The notes under the pieces are model-generated. The model ran no database searches and had not been told where the DNA came from. It saw only the letters and a list, made by a program, of their open reading frames with translations. From an uncultured virus (IMG/VR IMGVR_UViG_3300020166_000018) (Duplodnaviria; Heunggongvirae; Uroviricota; Caudoviricetes), in IMG/VR virus record IMGVR_UViG_3300020166_000018: a DNA stretch of 64,000 nucleotides; one strand, given 5' to 3'. Position numbers and translations under genes: made by a program. Below, piece by piece: positions 57,901 to 64,000 of the stretch; positions within the stretch are counted from its first letter, which is position 1; every line of letters begins with the position of its first letter.

Positions 57901-58361
57901 GTCCTATAGGACCAACAGGAATACAAGGCCCAATAGGTCCAATAGGCCCTAAAGGTACATCTCCAATAGGTCCAAGAGGTCCAATAGGCCCACAAGGTCC
58001 TATAGGTCCTGGTTCTACAGATCAAGGACCAAGAGGTTCAATTGGTCCACAAGGTCCTATTGGTAGTTCACCTATTGGTCCAAGAGGTCCAATCGGTCCT
58101 ACGGGAATACAAGGTCCTAGGGGTCCAATTGGTCCACAAGGAGCTGAAGGTCAAATTGGTCCTGGTGGAAGCTCACCTATTGGTCCAAGAGGTCCAATTG
58201 GTCCAACAGGAGCACAAGGTCCAATAGGACCTCTTGGCCCCGCAGGTGCTATTGGCCCCGCAGGTGGATCAGCAGGTACTTCTACTAATTTTACAATTCA
58301 AGCGCTTAATGGTAACTTTTCGTTTGAATTTGAAGAAGGTGTTCTTGTGAATAATCCTTAA
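54995..58361 (+). pseudogene. Collagen-like fibre gene interrupted by two frameshifts (about 1116 aa if repaired)
   Basis: ATG 54995 (MAKNIQIIP, paralogous to MAKNVQIIP at 58421); 2-nt insertion at GCGCG 55037-55041; 14-nt tandem duplication at 56050-56077; G-P-X frame continues to TAA 58359-58361. Confidence 0.7.
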
Positions 58362-58369
58362 TTAGTACC

Positions 58370-58402
58370 TTGATAAACTAGAATAAATAATTTATATTTA
58401 TA
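58370..58402 (+). promoter_or_regulatory. Putative promoter TTG-N20-TATATTTA(TA)
   Basis: TTG at 58370-58372 and TATATTTA at 58393-58400. Confidence 0.55.
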
Positions 58403-58420
58403 TAAAATTAAGACCAATAG

Positions 58421-61400
58421 ATGGCTAAAAATGTTCAAATAATACCGAATAATGAAGACTCAATAGGGTTAGTAAATTTTACTGAAACTGGAACTTCATA
58501 TACTTGGAGACTATTTTACAATGGAAATTTTCTATATTTTGAGGAAACTTCTGCTTTTACTAAAGTATTATCTATTAGGGGTGATGGTGTTAAACAAGTA
58601 GCCTTTGACCCACATAACTCCAATTCTTCTGTTAGCTTAATTATCCCAATTCATACTTCAGGTACAATCCCTACTTTAAGTGAAGGTCAAATTATATTTG
58701 ACAGAGCTAGTAAAAGTATAATTATGGGTACTTCTTCAGGTAATGCTAGTATGGAAGGTGTCTCAGGTCAAGAAGGTGCTTTAGGTCCTATTGGTCCTAA
58801 AGGCCCTACTGGTATTATAGGCCCTAAAGGTATAATTGGTCCTATTGGAATCAACCCACAAGGTGCTATTGGTCCGCAGGGACCCGAAGGTTTAATCGGT
58901 CCTAAAGGTAATGATGGTGGTATTGGTGCTATAGGTCCTAAGGGCGTTATAGGTCCATTAGGCCCACAAGGTCCTGAAGGTTTAATTGGCCCTATCGGTA
59001 TAGGAAACGTTCAAGGTGCTATTGGTCCAATAGGTCCAGGTGTAGCTCAAGGTGCAATTGGTCCTAAAGGTCCCCAAGGTCCTGAAGGTTTAATAGGCCC
59101 AATTGGTCCCGAAGGCTTAATTGGTGCTAAAGGTCTTTTAGGTCCTTTAGGTGCAATTGGTCCCAAAGGTATTATAGGTGCTATTGGAGTAATAGGTCCA
59201 CAAGGACCCGAAGGTTTAATAGGTAATAAAGGTCCAATTGGTGCTATAGGTGCAATTGGTCCTAAAGGTATTATAGGTGCTATTGGACCCTTAGGTCCCC
59301 AAGGTCCTGAAGGTCTTATAGGACCTAAAGGTAACGATGGTGGTATAGGCGCTATAGGTCCTAAAGGTATTATTGGCCCCAAAGGGAACACAGGTGCAAT
59401 TGGTCCACAAGGTCCTATTGGTCCTATAGGAATTGGAGCAGGTATAGGTCCACGTGGTCCTATTGGTCCTGCAGCCCCACAAGGTGCAATTGGTCCTATT
59501 GGTCCTATAGGTCTTGAAGGTTTAATTGGTCCTATAGGTCCTGAAGGTTTAATTGGTGCTAAAGGTATAGCAAATGTTCAAGGTGCAATCGGCCCCAAAG
59601 GTCCTACAGCATCAATTGGTGCAATTGGACCACAAGGACCCGAAGGTTTAATAGGTCCACAAGGTCCTATTGGTCCAAAAGGTGAAGCAAATGAAATTGA
59701 AGGTAGTGTATTAATAGAAACGTTTTCAACCCATGGAGGTAATGGTAATACTTCCCAATACTCACAATACCCAGGTAATGCTTCAGATTTTGAATCATTC
59801 TTTAATGTAAACCTATCAAATACATCATTTACAGATTCAGCAGTTGATAGTTTAAGTAATACTACAAATGCTTTAAATTGGACTAATACTGCAGGATTAC
59901 AAACAATTTTAACTGTTCCAAATTCAGGAGCATATTTTTCAACCAGAGTAACAGGTATTTTTAGACCTAAAGAAACTGGTACATATACTTTTTCAGCTGA
60001 ATCCGATGATTCTGTCCAAGTAAAAATTGGAAGTACTATAGTTTACGGTTTTTATGGAGGTAGAGGTAGAAGTAGTGTAGGAACTCATACTGGTACCGTT
60101 TCATTAACAGCAGGTACTAGTTACAATATTGTAGTTTACCAACAAGAGTATGGTGGTGGAGATGGTTTAACTGTATGGTGGAAAAAACCATCAGAATCCT
60201 CAGGTTCTACATGGTACCAACACACAGACGAAATTTTCACTTCAGGTGATCAAGGATCTCAAGGTTCACAAGGACCACAAGGTTCTATAGGTCCTAGAGG
60301 CCCTGAAGGTTTAATAGGAAATAAAGGTCCTATTGGTGCAATAGGTGCAATTGGTCCTAAAGGAAATACTGGAGCGATTGGTCCACAAGGTCCTGAAGGT
60401 TTAATAGGCCCAATAGGCCCTATTGGTCCAACCGCCCCTATAGGTGCTAGAGGTCCTATAGGTCCAGGTGCTCCTATAGGTGCTAGAGGCCCTATTGGTC
60501 CACAAGGACCAGAAGGTTTAATAGGTCCACAAGGTCCTGAAGGTTTAATTGGTAATAAAGGTCCAATTGGTGCTATAGGTGCAATTGGTCCTAAGGGCCC
60601 CATTGGTGCTATTGGACCATTAGGTCCACAAGGTCCTGAAGGTTTAATAGGAAATAAAGGTCCAATTGGCGCTATTGGTGCTATAGGTCCTAAAGGAAAT
60701 ACAGGTATTATAGGTCCACAAGGTCCTGAAGGTATTATAGGCCCAAGAGGTCCTATTGGTCCTGCGGCCCCACAAGGAGCTAGAGGCCCAATTGGTCCAG
60801 CAGCACCTCAAGGTGCTATAGGTCCCATTGGTCCACAAGGACCAGAAGGTTTAATAGGCCCACAAGGTCCTGAAGGTTTAATAGGAAATAAAGGCCCAAC
60901 AGCTCCTATAGGTGCTATCGGTCCTATTGGTCCTAAGGGTCCTGAAGGCTTAATAGGCCCACAAGGACCAGAAGGTTTAATTGGTAATATAGGCCCAGCA
61001 GCACCTCAAGGTGCTATAGGTCCCAAAGGTCCTGCAGCCCCACAAGGTGCTAGAGGTCCCATTGGTCCACAAGGACCCGAAGGTTTAATTGGTCCACAAG
61101 GGCCCGAAGGTTTAATAGGTCCCAAAGGTCCTGCAGCCCCACAAGGTGCAATTGGTCCTATTGGTCCACAAGGTCCTGAAGGTCTAATTGGTCCACAAGG
61201 ACCCGAAGGTTTAATAGGTCCCAAAGGTCCTGCAGCCCCACAAGGTGCAATTGGTCCTATAGGTCCTAAAGGAAATGAAGGTGCAATAGGTCCACAAGGA
61301 CCTGAAGGTTTAATTGGTAATATAGGCCCTGCAGCACCACAAGGTGCAATCGGTCCTAAAGGAAATACAGGCGCAATAGGCCCACAAGGCCCTGAAGGTT

Positions 61401-63148
61401 TAATAGGTCCAATTGGTCCTATTGGTTTAGCAAATGTTCAAGGTGCAATTGGTCCTATAGGTCCTAAAGGAAATGAAGGTGCAATAGGTCCAATTGGTCC
61501 TGAAGGTTTAATAGGTCCCAAAGGTCCTGTTGCTCCCCAAGGTGCAATCGGTCCTAAAGGAAATACAGGCGCAATAGGCCCACAAGGCCCTGAAGGTTTA
61601 ATAGGCCCAAGAGGTCCTATTGGTTTAGCAAATGTTCAAGGTGCTATAGGTCCTAAAGGAAATGAAGGTGCAATAGGTCCACAAGGACCAGAAGGTTTAA
61701 TAGGTTCTAAAGGCCCTGAAAGTGCAATTGGACCTAGAGGTCCATTAGGGGAAAAAGGTCCAAAAGGTCCAAAAGGGTATACTGGTCCACGAGGTCCTAA
61801 AGGCCCTAAAGGTCCAGCATCTACCTCAGGAATTGGTCCTAAAGGTCCTGAAGGTGCAATTGGACCTAAAGGTCCAGCTTCTCCTTTGGGCCCAGAAGGC
61901 CCTATTGGACTAATAGGTCCTGGTGTTTCTCCTTTAGGCCCAGAAGGCCTTATTGGACCACAAGGTCCAAAAGGTGCTGAAGGTGCAATAGGTCTAATTG
62001 GTAATATAGGCCCAGCTAATATTACTCAAGGTCCACTAGGTCCCCAAGGTCCTGAAGGTTTAATTGGTCCCAAAGGTAATAGAGGTCCTATTGGTCCCCA
62101 AGGACCCGAAGGTCCTATTGGTCCAACAGCCCCACAAGGTGCAATTGGTCCTATAGGTCCTAAAGGAAGTGAAGGCGCAATAGGTTTACAAGGTCCAATT
62201 GGTCCCGATGGTCCTCAAGGTCCTGGGGGTCCAGCTGGAGCTATAGGCCCTAGAGGTCCTATAGGTCCTAAAGGAAATGAAGGTGCAATAGGTCCAATTG
62301 GTCCTAAAGGCCGTATTGGTCCTAAAGGTGTTACAGGTAATGGTCTAATAGGTACAACAACCAATGTAGCAATAGATACAGTTCCTTACCAACACAGTAT
62401 GGAATTTGCAAATGGTTATCTCCAATCACATTCTGCAACATATAAAAATTATCGTTACTACCATAATGATGGAGTAAATGATTATGTTGCTGGAGATTGG
62501 GATCCTGTAGATGCTAACCCAGGAGAAGATGATTTTTCAATTAATTTTTGGGTTCGTAATAATGAGACAGATAAAACTAATATGATCTTTTGTGATTTTA
62601 ATGCAGTTGCATTAAACGTTAATAATAATAACAATAGATGTTTTATCCAATACGCAGCAAATACTAATAGATTACTACTACAGTTAAGAACTAATGCTAC
62701 TAACTTTGGTTTACAAGTCCCCCTCCATAATAATTCAGGTACTACAGGAATTACAAGTTCATCTTCAGGATGGAGAGCTGCCCAACGTGGTAACGTCAAT
62801 AGTGATAACTTCTGTATGATTACAGTTACCTATGATGCTTCTCAAACTACAGGGGCTAATGCTATTAAAATTTATTGGAATGGTACTCGAATATCTAATA
62901 GTCAAGTATCACTTAACGGAACTAGTAATGCTAATTGTGATATGGATGAATGGGCTTACTACAAGAAAATCCTTTCTACTAGTGAAATTACTACATTATA
63001 TAATAGTGGTAATATTAAAGCTGCTGACCTTTTAGTATCTAATGGTTTAACAGAAAGTTGTAGATTTGATATTAATGGAAGTGCCACTACAACAGGTTCA
63101 ACTTATACTAGCGTTAGTATTTCAGGAGGTACAACCCCATTATATTAA
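58421..63148 (+). CDS. Collagen-like fibre protein with internal PA14 domain and C-terminal LamG/concanavalin-like domain
   Basis: G-P-X repeats; [37 protein letters not shown] (PA14); [44 protein letters not shown] (LamG). Confidence 0.85.
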   Translation: MAKNVQIIPNNEDSIGLVNFTETGTSYTWRLFYNGNFLYFEETSAFTKVLSIRGDGVKQVAFDPHNSNSSVSLIIPIHTSGTIPTLSEGQIIFDRASKSIIMGTSSGNASMEGVSGQEGALGPIGPKGPTGIIGPKGIIGPIGINPQGAIGPQGPEGLIGPKGNDGGIGAIGPKGVIGPLGPQGPEGLIGPIGIGNVQGAIGPIGPGVAQGAIGPKGPQGPEGLIGPIGPEGLIGAKGLLGPLGAIGPKGIIGAIGVIGPQGPEGLIGNKGPIGAIGAIGPKGIIGAIGPLGPQGPEGLIGPKGNDGGIGAIGPKGIIGPKGNTGAIGPQGPIGPIGIGAGIGPRGPIGPAAPQGAIGPIGPIGLEGLIGPIGPEGLIGAKGIANVQGAIGPKGPTASIGAIGPQGPEGLIGPQGPIGPKGEANEIEGSVLIETFSTHGGNGNTSQYSQYPGNASDFESFFNVNLSNTSFTDSAVDSLSNTTNALNWTNTAGLQTILTVPNSGAYFSTRVTGIFRPKETGTYTFSAESDDSVQVKIGSTIVYGFYGGRGRSSVGTHTGTVSLTAGTSYNIVVYQQEYGGGDGLTVWWKKPSESSGSTWYQHTDEIFTSGDQGSQGSQGPQGSIGPRGPEGLIGNKGPIGAIGAIGPKGNTGAIGPQGPEGLIGPIGPIGPTAPIGARGPIGPGAPIGARGPIGPQGPEGLIGPQGPEGLIGNKGPIGAIGAIGPKGPIGAIGPLGPQGPEGLIGNKGPIGAIGAIGPKGNTGIIGPQGPEGIIGPRGPIGPAAPQGARGPIGPAAPQGAIGPIGPQGPEGLIGPQGPEGLIGNKGPTAPIGAIGPIGPKGPEGLIGPQGPEGLIGNIGPAAPQGAIGPKGPAAPQGARGPIGPQGPEGLIGPQGPEGLIGPKGPAAPQGAIGPIGPQGPEGLIGPQGPEGLIGPKGPAAPQGAIGPIGPKGNEGAIGPQGPEGLIGNIGPAAPQGAIGPKGNTGAIGPQGPEGLIGPIGPIGLANVQGAIGPIGPKGNEGAIGPIGPEGLIGPKGPVAPQGAIGPKGNTGAIGPQGPEGLIGPRGPIGLANVQGAIGPKGNEGAIGPQGPEGLIGSKGPESAIGPRGPLGEKGPKGPKGYTGPRGPKGPKGPASTSGIGPKGPEGAIGPKGPASPLGPEGPIGLIGPGVSPLGPEGLIGPQGPKGAEGAIGLIGNIGPANITQGPLGPQGPEGLIGPKGNRGPIGPQGPEGPIGPTAPQGAIGPIGPKGSEGAIGLQGPIGPDGPQGPGGPAGAIGPRGPIGPKGNEGAIGPIGPKGRIGPKGVTGNGLIGTTTNVAIDTVPYQHSMEFANGYLQSHSATYKNYRYYHNDGVNDYVAGDWDPVDANPGEDDFSINFWVRNNETDKTNMIFCDFNAVALNVNNNNNRCFIQYAANTNRLLLQLRTNATNFGLQVPLHNNSGTTGITSSSSGWRAAQRGNVNSDNFCMITVTYDASQTTGANAIKIYWNGTRISNSQVSLNGTSNANCDMDEWAYYKKILSTSEITTLYNSGNIKAADLLVSNGLTESCRFDINGSATTTGSTYTSVSISGGTTPLY

Positions 63149-63160
63149 TTTAAATAAATT

Positions 63161-63412
63161 ATGAGTACTAGATATTTTTTAATAACAGGGTCAGAATATA
63201 CAAATTACGATAGTTCTTTAGATCAACCCGCAGCATGGAATTTAGATAATAGTAAATGTGTTATAGAAGTTCCAACTGGATTTACAGTTACTTCCTATAT
63301 TCAAAAATTTAGAAGTAGTGGAGAATTTAAAACTTGGAGAAATGCTGATGCTAATTGGCCCGATTGGGAGACACAAGCTCAACATGATGGCACAGATTTA
63401 GACGATTTCTAA
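63161..63412 (+). CDS. Small hypothetical protein (possible fibre accessory)
   Basis: 83-aa ORF directly after the fibre gene. Confidence 0.55.
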   Translation: MSTRYFLITGSEYTNYDSSLDQPAAWNLDNSKCVIEVPTGFTVTSYIQKFRSSGEFKTWRNADANWPDWETQAQHDGTDLDDF

Positions 63413-63428
63413 AAAACAAGTAAATGTT

Positions 63429-64000
63429 ATGAAATTAGTTATATATGCGGGGTATTATTCCCCACCCTACTCACCTGAAACTATTGACGAAATTGGTTTA
63501 GGAGGTACTGAACAATGTATTATAAATTTAGCTAAAACCCTTAAATCCCAAAATCCAATTTGGGATATTTGGGTCGTTGGTGGAGTAGTTTATGGTGATT
63601 ACGATGGAGTAATGTATAGACCTACACAAGATTTCAAAAATGAAGTTAAATCTGTAGATACTATAATCGGAGTTTCATACATTCATTACATTGAAGAATT
63701 TAAAAACATCGATTATACCGACTCAATATTTTGGGTACATAATACCGATTATTTTACGTGGTGGAATGGCGAAGAATTACCCAACCATCGTGAATTACTT
63801 TCAAATCCAAAACTAAAATCTATAGTTTGCTTAACAGAATGGCATAAAAACAAATTCATAGAACAATTCCCAGAAACACAAGATAAAATTCAAGTTATAG
63901 GTAATGGAGTAGATACTTCTAATTTTCAAGTAGGAGAAAAAAACCCAAATCAATACATTTACACTTCACATGCTGAACGAGGTTTAGGGCAAGTATTAAG
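63429..64000 (+). CDS. Glycosyltransferase family 4-like (GT-B), 3'-truncated
   Basis: Not in the ORF track. ATG 63429: MKLVIYAG..GLGGTEQCIINLAK..IFWVHN..IVCLTEWHK..VIGNGVD..IYTSHAERGL; open to the window end. Confidence 0.82.
   Translation, partial: MKLVIYAGYYSPPYSPETIDEIGLGGTEQCIINLAKTLKSQNPIWDIWVVGGVVYGDYDGVMYRPTQDFKNEVKSVDTIIGVSYIHYIEEFKNIDYTDSIFWVHNTDYFTWWNGEELPNHRELLSNPKLKSIVCLTEWHKNKFIEQFPETQDKIQVIGNGVDTSNFQVGEKNPNQYIYTSHAERGLGQVL

Noticed and set aside
43730..62340. Repeat arrays as a possible CRISPR array or DNA satellite
   Set aside because: Units are multiples of 3 nt, vary at synonymous positions, have no unique spacers, and no cas genes are present.
1..64000. Stop-codon reassignment, as seen in some large phages
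   Set aside because: Genes are intact and densely packed in code 11, and TAG (12443, 26103, 31248) and TGA (13390, 15003, 17771, 28195) end genes at sensible boundaries.
1..64000. tRNA/rRNA genes, integrase, reverse transcriptase/DGR, introns or inteins
   Set aside because: None recognised by eye; intergenic gaps are short and terminase, portal, primase and capsid genes appear uninterrupted. A tRNAscan/Infernal run would be needed to exclude them fully.

Overview
AT-rich segment of a large T4-like (myovirus-type) bacteriophage genome; essentially all real genes lie on the + strand. The host is probably in Bacteroidota: there are no obvious Shine-Dalgarno motifs, leaders are A-rich, TTG-N19/20-TATATTTA promoter-like motifs recur, and there is an Hc1-like gene. 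Gene order: baseplate/tail genes (1-12 kb); GIY-YIG protein, primase and exonuclease; a ~11 kb block of acidic/basic proteins and enzymes carrying recurring (L/I/V)-x-E motifs, interpreted as head-packaged cargo; a small metabolic cluster; terminase, portal, prohead protease, scaffold, major capsid protein, PhoH and neck genes; then ~20 kb of fibre genes with Gly-Thr-Ser/Gly-Ser-Ser or Gly-Pro-X triplet repeats, ending in a truncated glycosyltransferase. Most notable observations: (1) a candidate protease-processed, virion-packaged enzyme polyprotein system; (2) an EDARTDAE(E/Q)EGY peptide shared by three head proteins; (3) a 14-aa copy of the capsid N-terminal segment in a small upstream protein; (4) a conserved GGAAARTGAA leader hairpin before two fibre genes; (5) a collagen gene broken by two tandem-duplication frameshifts. 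All function calls come from motif recognition by eye; no database searches were run.
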